Below are positions 1-8,083 of a stretch of 64,000 nucleotides of DNA, piece after piece. The stretch is from positions 1,683-65,682 of IMG/VR virus record IMGVR_UViG_3300049846_001293; one strand, 5' to 3'. A program made the position numbers and the translations under genes. Every line of letters starts with the position of its first letter. Position 1 is the first letter of the stretch. Source of the stretch: a virus (lineage: Duplodnaviria; Caudoviricetes). The notes below the pieces were generated by a model. That model was not told the origin of the DNA. It worked only from the letters and a program-made list of their open reading frames with translations, and ran no database searches.

Positions 1-1
1 G

Positions 2-682
2 TGCTGGTCGTGAGGCTGATGGAGTATTCTTGAATGCTTCACAGAAGATCTTCACCAACAATCCCACATTCTTACGGTCTTCGCCCATATTACCCCGCAT
101 CCAATGTCCAACGAACAGAAACGCGAATTTTTCCTTGACGTCCGCCATGGCCGATGTAATGGTCTTTGGAATTTCTTCGGGATCGATACGACGGAATACA
201 TCAGTATGAACGCAATTGTGTAACACTTCGACCGGCACAGTAACCTTCAACTCCCGAACAATACGACCGTCCGGTGTCTGTTCTCGTGACACGGTGTTCT
301 TGATGACTTCCGCCGAGTGTTGGGAGATAGCCCACACGGTATTCATACGATTACATCCCTCGATCCACGGCGCGGAAATCAATGTAGTTTCGATGCCAGC
401 AGTGATACCAATGTTGTACTTGCCGATCGGCTGAAATTCATTGGGTACAGTAATTTGGATGAACAGATCCGGCTGTTCCGTAAGATGCGGTACGATACGA
501 CGAATCAATTCTGCGTCGGTTGTGGGGTCCAATGCCGTCATCGGGCACGCACCCCATGGCGTGCTCAGCAATTTAACGTCGTACAGATCAAGATCGATGA
601 TATGTCGTACGATGTCTCTGGCCATATCGCCATATCCACTTCTAGTGGCAAAGGGGCTTTGTATAACACAGATCGGTTTCAT
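2..682 (-). CDS. GT-B (GT4-like) glycosyltransferase, runs off the left edge of the window
   Basis: Not in the ORF track. Manual translation from ATG 682 (ATGA overlap with the upstream stop) gives MKPICVIQSPFATRSGYGDMARDIVRH...GITAGIET...FAFLFVGHW...EDRKNVGLLVKIFCEAF, with typical GT4 SGYG and FxFVG..RKN motifs. Confidence 0.8.
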   Translation of the reverse strand, partial: MKPICVIQSPFATRSGYGDMARDIVRHIIDLDLYDVKLLSTPWGACPMTALDPTTDAELIRRIVPHLTEQPDLFIQITVPNEFQPIGKYNIGITAGIETTLISAPWIEGCNRMNTVWAISQHSAEVIKNTVSREQTPDGRIVRELKVTVPVEVLHNCVHTDVFRRIDPEEIPKTITSAMADVKEKFAFLFVGHWMRGNMGEDRKNVGLLVKIFCEAFKNTPSASRPA

Positions 683-1125
683 TCAGTGAATGCCTCAACT
701 TGGACGTATTCGATTGTTGGAGTATATGGGAATGTGATTCGTACTCGTGATTCAGATGATGTATATGCGGATCCGTTGGGTTCCACGAATACTCGACCAT
801 TGATATCGTATGCACCGTCGATGTCCTTGAACACGTGCGAGCATCGATTGTTTTGATATACCGGCCCACGGTCGGTTGGACCGTATGCAGATACATCGTT
901 CCACTCATCATCCGTTCCCTGTAATGGTAACAACGGTTCAAATGCAAGTAACTTCTTCAATAGTGAAAGTGTATATGACGCACTGAATCCACTATGCCCT
1001 TCCTTGGCAAACTCCTCTACCATGTGCAAGATATGCTTTCGCATGGCAACGTTCATTTCATCCGGTGAATCTTCGGTTAATCCGAGGGCGTCTAACTCTC
1101 GTGTTGCGTGGGATAATAGGTTCAT
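679..1125 (-). CDS. Conserved phage hypothetical protein
   Basis: Start trimmed to MNLLSHA because of AAGGAG at 1135-1140; EGHSGFSA and YQNNRCSHVFKD motifs of a phage family of unknown function. Confidence 0.7.
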   Translation of the reverse strand: MNLLSHATRELDALGLTEDSPDEMNVAMRKHILHMVEEFAKEGHSGFSASYTLSLLKKLLAFEPLLPLQGTDDEWNDVSAYGPTDRGPVYQNNRCSHVFKDIDGAYDINGRVFVEPNGSAYTSSESRVRITFPYTPTIEYVQVEAFTE

Positions 1126-1129
1126 TTGG

Positions 1130-2053
1130 TCATTCTCCTTTGTAGATACCGAATTTCTGCTTCGGAGCCCATCGGGCAAACGTATCTTCAATGCCTTTGA
1201 TCAATCGGTCGCACATCAATTCAGCGGTCATACCAACGTCCGGTCGAAGTGCATATTCTCGTCCAAGTTTACCACGGCGATGTCGTTCTTCTGGTGTCAT
1301 ATCGTACACTTCACGAATGGCACGTGCGGCATCAGTATAGGAACACCGGTCGTCGAAAATATACGGTGTGATGGGCGATCCAATCAATGCACGGTTCGTT
1401 GGGAACAACGGAATGACCCACTCCCCGTGTTGTCGATATTTGCCATCGGCATTCGTATCCCACTCGGCATTGAAGTGTACTTCAGGATCCAACAATTGAC
1501 CGTGTTCATCCACGAATCCCATTTGGTCCTGTAGTCCGCCGGTAACGTTAGCGATAATCATACGTTCGGTCATCATGGCTTCCAAGGTGCCGATGCCGAA
1601 TCCTTCGTTCGACGTCATACTGATAATCACATCGGCACAGTTGTAGAGTTGTACCATTTCAACCGCGGATAGTCGGTCAGGGGAAAACACCGCCTGAACG
1701 TCGGGTGCGAGATCTCGCAATACGGCCAAGAGGTCCGTACCATTTTCATCGACGGGCTGGGTGTGCAACAGCAGTCGGCAGAACGGCCGATCGGTTTCAG
1801 GAATCGTCTTGAGAAATTCCCGATATGCCAAGATGATGTCACTGGTCATCTTTCGTCGAATGTTACGACTGTTGTACATGACGACGAATTTGACGTTGTC
1901 GGCATCCTTACCGAATATACGGACTCGCATCGCGGCAACGGCCTTTAGACCTTCTTCATCGGTGATGTTCTTCCACAAGGTATGATTGACACCATGAGGC
2001 ACATATTGAACTAATACAGGAGCTTCGCCTGCTTCTCGTTTTGGTTCTGGCAC
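1130..2053 (-). CDS. GT4-like glycosyltransferase, C-terminal half
   Basis: YVPHG, NSRNIRRK and EGFGIGTLEAM (EX7E) motifs; GTG start after TAAGGAG. Confidence 0.85.
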   Translation of the reverse strand: MPEPKREAGEAPVLVQYVPHGVNHTLWKNITDEEGLKAVAAMRVRIFGKDADNVKFVVMYNSRNIRRKMTSDIILAYREFLKTIPETDRPFCRLLLHTQPVDENGTDLLAVLRDLAPDVQAVFSPDRLSAVEMVQLYNCADVIISMTSNEGFGIGTLEAMMTERMIIANVTGGLQDQMGFVDEHGQLLDPEVHFNAEWDTNADGKYRQHGEWVIPLFPTNRALIGSPITPYIFDDRCSYTDAARAIREVYDMTPEERHRRGKLGREYALRPDVGMTAELMCDRLIKGIEDTFARWAPKQKFGIYKGE

Positions 2054-2062
2054 ATGCTCTCC

Positions 2063-2590
2063 TTACTGATTGACGGTGTTTTCAGGTCCTAATACATTTC
2101 GTACGATATTGTGCGTCTGCTTAGAAATGGTCAAGATGGTGTCACACGATCGGTAGAAATCTCGATTGTACTTCGGTGCTGGAGTGTCGTCCCATACGTG
2201 ATAGTAGATGAGCGGAATCTTCGACCGGATTTCATGTTCCATTTGATACAACCAAGTCCAGAATCGTGGGTCGGTGAAGTGGATGATGGCATCCGGCTTC
2301 TCAACTTCCATCAACTGACGTAGGATGTTCTGATCGCCATAGCCATTGTAGGGATAGATACGAACGTATGGATCTTCCACACCAAACTCGTTCTTGATAC
2401 TATCGGAAATATCCACACCACGCCCGGCCTCTGGATGCTGAACCGCGGCACCAATCTGTACCCAGTTGTATATGTGAGCGGTACCGATGATGAGATCTCG
2501 GCTGATATTACCTACACCTGAGGGCAATCTCATGTCATCGGATAACATGAGCATCTTCTTTCGGTTGGCCTTCGGAATGCCCTTAATCAT
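2063..2590 (-). CDS. GT4-like glycosyltransferase, N-terminal half
   Basis: KKMLMLSDDMRLPSGVG...EKPDAIIHFTDPRFW...YHVWDD...SCDTILTISKQT; start trimmed to MIKGIP. Confidence 0.8.
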   Translation of the reverse strand: MIKGIPKANRKKMLMLSDDMRLPSGVGNISRDLIIGTAHIYNWVQIGAAVQHPEAGRGVDISDSIKNEFGVEDPYVRIYPYNGYGDQNILRQLMEVEKPDAIIHFTDPRFWTWLYQMEHEIRSKIPLIYYHVWDDTPAPKYNRDFYRSCDTILTISKQTHNIVRNVLGPENTVNQ

Positions 2591-2984
2591 CGGTCTTCTT
2601 CCGCTTCGACGGAGTCTTCTTGGCACGGGGCTTGCGCGTCTTTTTGATTTCACCTTCAACTAAATCTTTCAACGGCGGTGGTACGGGCTTCGGTGGAAGT
2701 TCATCATCAAATCGCTGTACTGGAGATTCGACGTCCCACGGCAAATCTGTTTGAAGTTCTTTGGCAAATTCTTCTCGTTGTGCCTCAAGTTTATTGCGAA
2801 CGATTTTTTCTCGTTCTAGGTCTTCCACACGCTTCAATACGCTTATGGAATGTTGCGGCAATCCGCTTTCCATAAGACGCTGGGCTTCGAGTTCAAGATG
2901 TACTTCGGCCAATCCTTTATTGTCAAGGCGACCAAACAATCCAAACTTATCGATGATCTTCCAAATATACGTGAGTACAGTCAT
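2583..2984 (-). CDS. Hypothetical protein with basic C-terminal tail
   Basis: ORF in the operon; likely start MTVLTYIW; Lys/Arg-rich end. Confidence 0.6.
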   Translation of the reverse strand: MTVLTYIWKIIDKFGLFGRLDNKGLAEVHLELEAQRLMESGLPQHSISVLKRVEDLEREKIVRNKLEAQREEFAKELQTDLPWDVESPVQRFDDELPPKPVPPPLKDLVEGEIKKTRKPRAKKTPSKRKKTDD

Positions 2985-2985
2985 A

Positions 2986-3144
2986 TTAATGGTCCTTGGT
3001 TGAGCCGGAAACGGCTTGGAGGAAAATAGTTTCAATGAAACGGCCAATCTTCAAACCCTTTCGGTTACAGTAATCGGCTACTTGTTCTTTTATGTCACGC
3101 CGGATTTGTAACGTGGCGTATTCTTCTTTCTTATGTCGTGTCAC
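2986..3144 (-). CDS. Small ribbon-helix-helix-like DNA-binding protein (52 aa)
   Basis: Below the ORF-track cutoff: MTRHKKEEYATLQIRRDIKEQVADYCNRKGLKIGRFIETIFLQAVSGSTKDH; GTG start after GGAG; strand-helix-G-helix pattern. Confidence 0.6.
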   Translation of the reverse strand: MTRHKKEEYATLQIRRDIKEQVADYCNRKGLKIGRFIETIFLQAVSGSTKDH

Positions 3145-3211
3145 AAGGAGTCTCCGTTGGGATGATGACTATACATATCGAGCAATAGTAGAAAACTACT
3201 ACTTATGACAC

Positions 3212-3247
3212 AAAAAACCCGACGCTTGTTAGGGCGTCGGGTTTTTT
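3212..3247. terminator. Bidirectional rho-independent terminator
   Basis: AAAAAACCCGACGC-TTGTTAGG-GCGTCGGGTTTTTT. Confidence 0.85.
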
Positions 3248-3264
3248 GTTTTGATTCGGTGAAG

Positions 3265-3696
3265 TTATCTACGTTGTGCGTATCCGTCTTCCACACCTTG
3301 TGCGTAGGCTACGTCTACACTGAGCATCCCTGTGTTCGGTTCGACCTGAATGGCTCGGTCGTCGTAGAATCGTATCATGTTGTAATCCTTACACGCGGTG
3401 ACCGGCACGATTTGACCCAAATGTGTCAAACACCACTGTTCAATGGCGTGAAGAATTTCGCTTTGTGGAATATCTTGATTGCCGTGCGGTTCTGCACGGG
3501 CCGTCAAAATTCGAATATTCATCCCACTTTCCAATAACGATTTTGCTCGATCCACCATTAATGGAATTGGCGGTCCGATTCGTAAGGGATGATATGGTTG
3601 GCCGTCCTCGCTGTCGGCAAGTGTAGCATCCAGGTCGAATCCTATCCATGCTTCGGAATTTGTCGTTTGAATGTCGTTCGGTGGCATTTCGTGCAT
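3265..3696 (-). CDS. HAD-family phosphatase (PNKP phosphatase-like)
   Basis: WIGFDLDATLA (DxD), ILTAR and YDDRA motifs. Confidence 0.75.
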   Translation of the reverse strand: MHEMPPNDIQTTNSEAWIGFDLDATLADSEDGQPYHPLRIGPPIPLMVDRAKSLLESGMNIRILTARAEPHGNQDIPQSEILHAIEQWCLTHLGQIVPVTACKDYNMIRFYDDRAIQVEPNTGMLSVDVAYAQGVEDGYAQRR

Positions 3697-3818
3697 AATG
3701 TTCGTCCATTGGTTAAATCGTATCGTAGTTCAGGATAATCTTTCCATGATTTTATGTGATCCGCTTCTAGGTTGCCGCCGCGGACGTTACAAAACTGACA
3801 AGTAAAATTATCTCGTTC
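3642..3818 (-). pseudogene. 5'-truncated HNH endonuclease remnant
   Basis: A frame with no start codon reads ERDNFTCQFCNVRGGNLEADHIKSWKDYPELRYDLTNGRTLCTKCH...*, with an in-frame TAG a few codons upstream. Confidence 0.75.
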
Positions 3819-3819
3819 A

Positions 3820-4437
3820 TCATGGTCGATGGGGTTTTGGAAGCGCTAACGCTTCGGTGACAGTAATGGGGTGATAGTTGGTCAGTTCCACGCCAACATT
3901 GATATGATGATCCGAATCGAACAACCAGCCATAGTCCGTGAGGAACATGCTCGGGTTCCTCATCATGTTGTTGTGATGATGTCCGTAGAAATTGAACTGC
4001 CGACCCCACAACTGCTTCTGTGGTTCGTGGCTCAATAGAATACCAACATCGTCCACTTCGACCGCGACCATTTCGGACTTCCAATCATCCGAATGGCCGA
4101 TGATATGACGGAAGTATTCGTGATACAGCGATCGATACTTTCCCCCGTCATTGGCATGTTTGTCGTGGTTGCCTAATAGGATGTAGTGTTCTCCCCTCGG
4201 CCGCCAGGACATCTTTCGGATCGTGTCCGGGCGAAAGACGAAATCGCCTAGGTGAAAGATGGTCTTGCCTGCTTCGTCGGCCTCACGAAAGGCATCAAGC
4301 ATGACCAAATCCATCGCCTCGGTGCCAGCAGGTGAAAATTCGAATGGCCGAGTGCAGTATTTGATGATGTTCTGGTGTCCGAAATGTGTATCGGACCAGA
4401 ACACCACATCGTCATGCTTAAACGTCAGATTTTCCAT
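3820..4437 (-). CDS. Calcineurin-like metallophosphoesterase
   Basis: SDTHFGH, HLGDF, GNHD, SHEP and GHHH motifs; start trimmed to MENLTF. Confidence 0.85.
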   Translation of the reverse strand: MENLTFKHDDVVFWSDTHFGHQNIIKYCTRPFEFSPAGTEAMDLVMLDAFREADEAGKTIFHLGDFVFRPDTIRKMSWRPRGEHYILLGNHDKHANDGGKYRSLYHEYFRHIIGHSDDWKSEMVAVEVDDVGILLSHEPQKQLWGRQFNFYGHHHNNMMRNPSMFLTDYGWLFDSDHHINVGVELTNYHPITVTEALALPKPHRP

Positions 4438-5344
4438 GTATATAGACTTTTCGTTGTCCTGCCGGTAGATAATAGCTATAGGCGCATTTGGTTGCGTCAT
4501 TCTTGAACGGACAGAACTTACAGCTTTTTTCGGAACTGGTCGGTGGCAGGTTATCCAACCGAGGCTGTCCCGCTTCATCAAACGTATCGGTGATCCACTT
4601 CTCCAAGCGGTCCATCGCTTTCTTCATACTCGGTTTGCCATGCGCTGGCACGAATCCCGAAATATGCTTGACGGCGAATTCCGTGTTCTCGGGAATCTTC
4701 CGCTTGAGAATGATGAACTCGACTTGAATATTGTCGATCGGTACACCGAACAATTCGCTGTAATACTTCTTGTACAACAGCAATTGGTCCGTTTTGTTCG
4801 AGTCTTTCTTTTGGTAGTCTTTCCAGCCGCGATCGGAAGTTTTGAAGTCGTAGATCGTGTATGTTTTGGTGGCCTTCTCATACATGACAATGTCGATGAA
4901 TCCCTTGAACTTGAGATTTCGACCAATGTCCAACAATAACGGAACTTCGATGCCCACCAACGTGTGACCGGTGGCAGGAAACCAAGTACGGCCGTGCTTG
5001 CGTACGTGATCTAGAATTTTACATCCATCGGCATAGAACTCCGACAGTTCCTCGGGCGTGGTGAGCTGTTTTCCGGCCACCAACAATTCTTCCTTTGCAC
5101 CCTTGACAAGCTCGGACTTCAGCATGTCATGCATGTCGAACATCTTTGCTTTGGACGCGTCCGAATAGAACAACGTCAACCAATGTTGAATGACCGTGTG
5201 CATCGCCGTTCCGAATACCAAGTTGATATTCGAATCTTCGGTGTGCCCGTCGATGTACTTCAGTTTCCATCGATATGCACACGTACTTCCCATCGTGTAT
5301 TGGGAGAACGAGATATTACGCGGCGTGGGTGTAGTTTCAGTCAT
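4418..5344 (-). CDS. PD-(D/E)XK nuclease (RecB/AddB/Cas4-like)
   Basis: ISFSQY..TC, FGTAMH, GFIDIV, YDFKT, QLLLY motifs and a C-terminal CKFCPF...C cluster. Confidence 0.85.
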   Translation of the reverse strand: MTETTPTPRNISFSQYTMGSTCAYRWKLKYIDGHTEDSNINLVFGTAMHTVIQHWLTLFYSDASKAKMFDMHDMLKSELVKGAKEELLVAGKQLTTPEELSEFYADGCKILDHVRKHGRTWFPATGHTLVGIEVPLLLDIGRNLKFKGFIDIVMYEKATKTYTIYDFKTSDRGWKDYQKKDSNKTDQLLLYKKYYSELFGVPIDNIQVEFIILKRKIPENTEFAVKHISGFVPAHGKPSMKKAMDRLEKWITDTFDEAGQPRLDNLPPTSSEKSCKFCPFKNDATKCAYSYYLPAGQRKVYIHGKSDV

Positions 5345-5349
5345 ACTGA

Positions 5350-5378
5350 AATCTACTCGATTGTGAGGGGTTTGGCAA
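5350..5378 (-). promoter_or_regulatory. Sigma70-like promoter, probably giving a leaderless mRNA
   Basis: TTGCCA-17 nt-TAGATT, then 5 nt and the ATG at 5344; no SD sequence. Confidence 0.6.
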
Positions 5379-5383
5379 GGGTG

Positions 5384-5608
5384 TTACCGATAGGTACGAG
5401 TTTTCCTCGGCCCCTTGATGTGCCAGTGTCCACATACATCCTGATGGGCTTTGAACAAATGTCCTGTTTTCTGGCCCACTTTGCGCGCGGCGTCGATCGC
5501 ATGTGATTCGGTCGAATACACAACTTTATCATGTCGTTCACATTTGTATCGTAGATACGATTTCCCGCGCCAATCCACCGTTTCTTCGTAAATCTCATTC
5601 ACGCTCAT
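5384..5608 (-). CDS. Small Cys/His (zinc-binding-like) protein
   Basis: C..H.K..YST...A..AA...CGHWH pattern; ATGA overlap with the gp62-like gene. Confidence 0.6.
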   Translation of the reverse strand: MSVNEIYEETVDWRGKSYLRYKCERHDKVVYSTESHAIDAARKVGQKTGHLFKAHQDVCGHWHIKGPRKTRTYR

Positions 5609-6045
5609 AGTTTCAGCTTTTTGATGAGTTTCGGATCGGTGCCGTAACGTTCAAGGAGTTCGAGCAATCCAGCACGACCGGTGTCGTCTTTGTGGAAAAT
5701 GTCCAGATATTCCATTGCATGTGCGGTGCTGACCTGATAATGTTGTGCCACCCTGGCAATCAACCAGTCGGGATACCGATCGTCCTTTTTGCCTTTGACC
5801 CACTTACTGTATCGTTTGCCTTTAGGCAAAATTTGGCTATAGAACAGGTAGGTGGATCGGGCGTCCAACTGGTCCCAGTATTTGTTCGCTTCATTGGCAA
5901 TCGGTAGGAATTCTTGGGTCATGGAGATACCCATCGAAATCAAATACGGCGAAAATGACTTACGATCTGCCTCACTCAACGTATCATAATAGTCGATACG
6001 TTGATTGGTGTAGATCGCGTCAATGTGTGCGAACGGAGAGGCCAT
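5605..6045 (-). CDS. gp62: Clamp loader small subunit, gp62-like
   Basis: FSPYLI..ANEAN...YLFY..ILPKGKRYSKWVK...HYQVS...AMEYL; lies near gp44 and gp45. Confidence 0.75.
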   Translation of the reverse strand: MASPFAHIDAIYTNQRIDYYDTLSEADRKSFSPYLISMGISMTQEFLPIANEANKYWDQLDARSTYLFYSQILPKGKRYSKWVKGKKDDRYPDWLIARVAQHYQVSTAHAMEYLDIFHKDDTGRAGLLELLERYGTDPKLIKKLKL

Positions 6046-6335
6046 TATTCTGCTGCGATCTCGGTTGGTGCGGGGAGTGCGGCGAGAGAGGCCGCGCGGG
6101 ACAACACCGTCATGGCATGATCACAGTCCTTGATATAGACCTGTGTCAATGGCACTTTCGTCTTGAACTGCTTTTCACGAGCTGATTGACGGGCGAATGG
6201 AATCAACGCACGTTCGAGTTCTTCGATCCGGCGGAGCAACATCGGTACACGACGAATCACCCATTCGCCACCTTCGGGCATTTCTCGGCGAAGATAATCC
6301 TGTACTTCTTCTACTTGTACGATAAGATTGGACAC
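6045..6335 (-). CDS. Hypothetical protein
   Basis: ORF packed in the operon. Confidence 0.55.
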   Translation of the reverse strand: MSNLIVQVEEVQDYLRREMPEGGEWVIRRVPMLLRRIEELERALIPFARQSAREKQFKTKVPLTQVYIKDCDHAMTVLSRAASLAALPAPTEIAAE

Positions 6336-6343
6336 AATGAGCC

Positions 6344-6610
6344 TTAGATAAGGGTGAGTCGTGGTCGGTCGGCAACTTCTGGCGAAGCCTTTATGCCTTG
6401 TGCTTCGAGCTTGATGAACTCCGGTACCGCTTCATCGGGACACTTACCACATGCATTGCAAGTAAATGTCGGAATCGGTAGAATACCTTTCTTTCCATTG
6501 GGTGAAATCAACTCTGATACTTTTCGAAGAAATACACTGGCAGTGAAGGTATGATTGCCGCATGTACAAACCAGTGCAGTGGTTTTTGACGGATCGAACG
6601 GTGTTTCCAT
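6344..6610 (-). CDS. Small zinc-ribbon protein
   Basis: CTCG...CNACG; AAGGAG RBS. Confidence 0.65.
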   Translation of the reverse strand: METPFDPSKTTALVCTCGNHTFTASVFLRKVSELISPNGKKGILPIPTFTCNACGKCPDEAVPEFIKLEAQGIKASPEVADRPRLTLI

Positions 6611-6652
6611 AAGATGCTCCTTAGTAGATTACTACTATAACTAGTTGTAAGA

Positions 6653-6865
6653 TTATCGAATCGGTCGCATGAAGACGAAATGATGAATATATTTCTTGTT
6701 CTCTAAAATGAAATTTCGCGATATCAGACACCAACCCTGATTACCATAGTAATTCAACCAACCTGCGGCGCCATCGCCGGTCGCCGCGGTCGTTCCCGTA
6801 ACATTGAGAACCTCGTTATTATACGCAGTGTTATCAAATTCCAGAACCAAATATTCATATTTCAT
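6653..6865 (-). CDS. Small DUF4177-like protein
   Basis: MKYEYLV...LNYYGNQGWCLI...FMRP pattern. Confidence 0.55.
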   Translation of the reverse strand: MKYEYLVLEFDNTAYNNEVLNVTGTTAATGDGAAGWLNYYGNQGWCLISRNFILENKKYIHHFVFMRPIR

Positions 6866-7785
6866 CAGCCGATTACCTGTAACACATCGATGATCATTGA
6901 CATGAAGTTGATTTCCTTGTTGACCACTTGACTATCATACTTCTGTGCTTCGGCGATTGCACGAATAACGCCACTGATGTTGCCTTTGCCGTATTCGTCT
7001 ACTTTCTCGTAACACAACGCATACAAATCGGTGAAGTCCCGAATTTTTGCATCGGCGATGAGCTGACGGATTTCCTGAAACTTCTTCTTGGGGTCCATTT
7101 TTTGCCCGAGCAATGTGACGATCTGTAGTTTCACATCACTCTGTACGATCTCTTCCGCGTCCAACTTCAGCACTCCGTCATGGGTATGCAATTGACACGT
7201 ACCAATAATCTTCCGAATATCTGGATAGTGGGCGTCGATCAGTAACTTGATGTCGGCCGGCTTGTATTCCACCTGTTCTTTGGTGAGAATTCCTGCCACA
7301 TGCTTTGCCACTTCCAATTTGGTCGGCGGCACCACATGAAAGTGTTGAGTACGACTGACGATTGCATCGATGATACGTTCTTCGTAATTGCACGTTAGAA
7401 TGAATCGGCAATGCTTACTGAACGTTTCCATCAGATTTCGCAACGCGGCCTGTGCATTCGGCGTCAAGAAATCCGCTTCATCCAGAATTGCGATTTTCTG
7501 ATCGCGAAATCCTGAACTTGATGCGAAGGTCTTGAGTTTGTTACGAACAGTATCGACGTTGTTTTCGTCCGAGGCGTTGATGTACAAGAAATCGCAGTCA
7601 ATGTTCTTGACCAGAATCTTGGCCATCGTCGTTTTGCCCGTGCCCGGCGGACCGCTCAAGAGTAGATGTGGAACATCCGACTCGGCGATATACCGGGACA
7701 TCTTGGACTTCAGCGCATCATTACCAATGTAACCATCAACGGTATCGGGTCGATATTTCTCTACCCAAATCGTATGTTCGGTCAT
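6865..7785 (-). CDS. gp44: Clamp loader AAA+ subunit (gp44/RFC small subunit)
   Basis: WVEKYRP, GPPGTGKT, NASD, LDEAD, AQAALR motifs. Confidence 0.95.
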   Translation of the reverse strand: MTEHTIWVEKYRPDTVDGYIGNDALKSKMSRYIAESDVPHLLLSGPPGTGKTTMAKILVKNIDCDFLYINASDENNVDTVRNKLKTFASSSGFRDQKIAILDEADFLTPNAQAALRNLMETFSKHCRFILTCNYEERIIDAIVSRTQHFHVVPPTKLEVAKHVAGILTKEQVEYKPADIKLLIDAHYPDIRKIIGTCQLHTHDGVLKLDAEEIVQSDVKLQIVTLLGQKMDPKKKFQEIRQLIADAKIRDFTDLYALCYEKVDEYGKGNISGVIRAIAEAQKYDSQVVNKEINFMSMIIDVLQVIG

Positions 7786-8000
7786 TCCTGTGCCGCCGGT
7801 GTGATTTTCTTCACGGTGAACGTGGTCAACTGTGCCAATATCTCAGGATCGGTCTTTCGCATGAACGTGTGGAACTTTTTGATCGCACGTGCGTTGATAA
7901 CTTCCTCCGCCGTTCCTTCACGATACGTGACCGTAGTATCAAATTGCGCCGCGGTCATCTGATCGGCGCTCACGCCCTTCACATTTACTGCAACTTTCAT
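7782..8000 (-). CDS. Hypothetical protein
   Basis: GAGG RBS; ATGA overlap with gp44. Confidence 0.55.
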   Translation of the reverse strand: MKVAVNVKGVSADQMTAAQFDTTVTYREGTAEEVINARAIKKFHTFMRKTDPEILAQLTTFTVKKITPAAQE

Positions 8001-8083
8001 GTTAACCTCATTGTGTATAATGGAACTTCATATTCCTACTTGGAGTCGAACAATGGTACATTCTTGCGCCAAACCCCGCCTGG

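Noticed and set aside
2063-2065. Stop-codon reassignment as the cause of the split glycosyltransferase
   Set aside because: TAA, TGA and TAG all end conserved genes at expected positions, and long genes are uninterrupted in the standard code.
4418-5344. Cas4-like nuclease suggesting CRISPR-Cas
   Set aside because: No cas1, cas2 or repeat-spacer array; stand-alone PD-(D/E)XK nucleases are common in phages.
5353-5598. Alternative 81-aa ORF
   Set aside because: It overlaps 5384-5608, which has an ATGA coupling and a recognisable Cys/His pattern.
8030-8083. GTTCGACTCC on the minus strand, resembling a tRNA T-loop
   Set aside because: No T-stem, acceptor stem or anticodon arm could be formed. 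No tRNA was recognised anywhere in the window.
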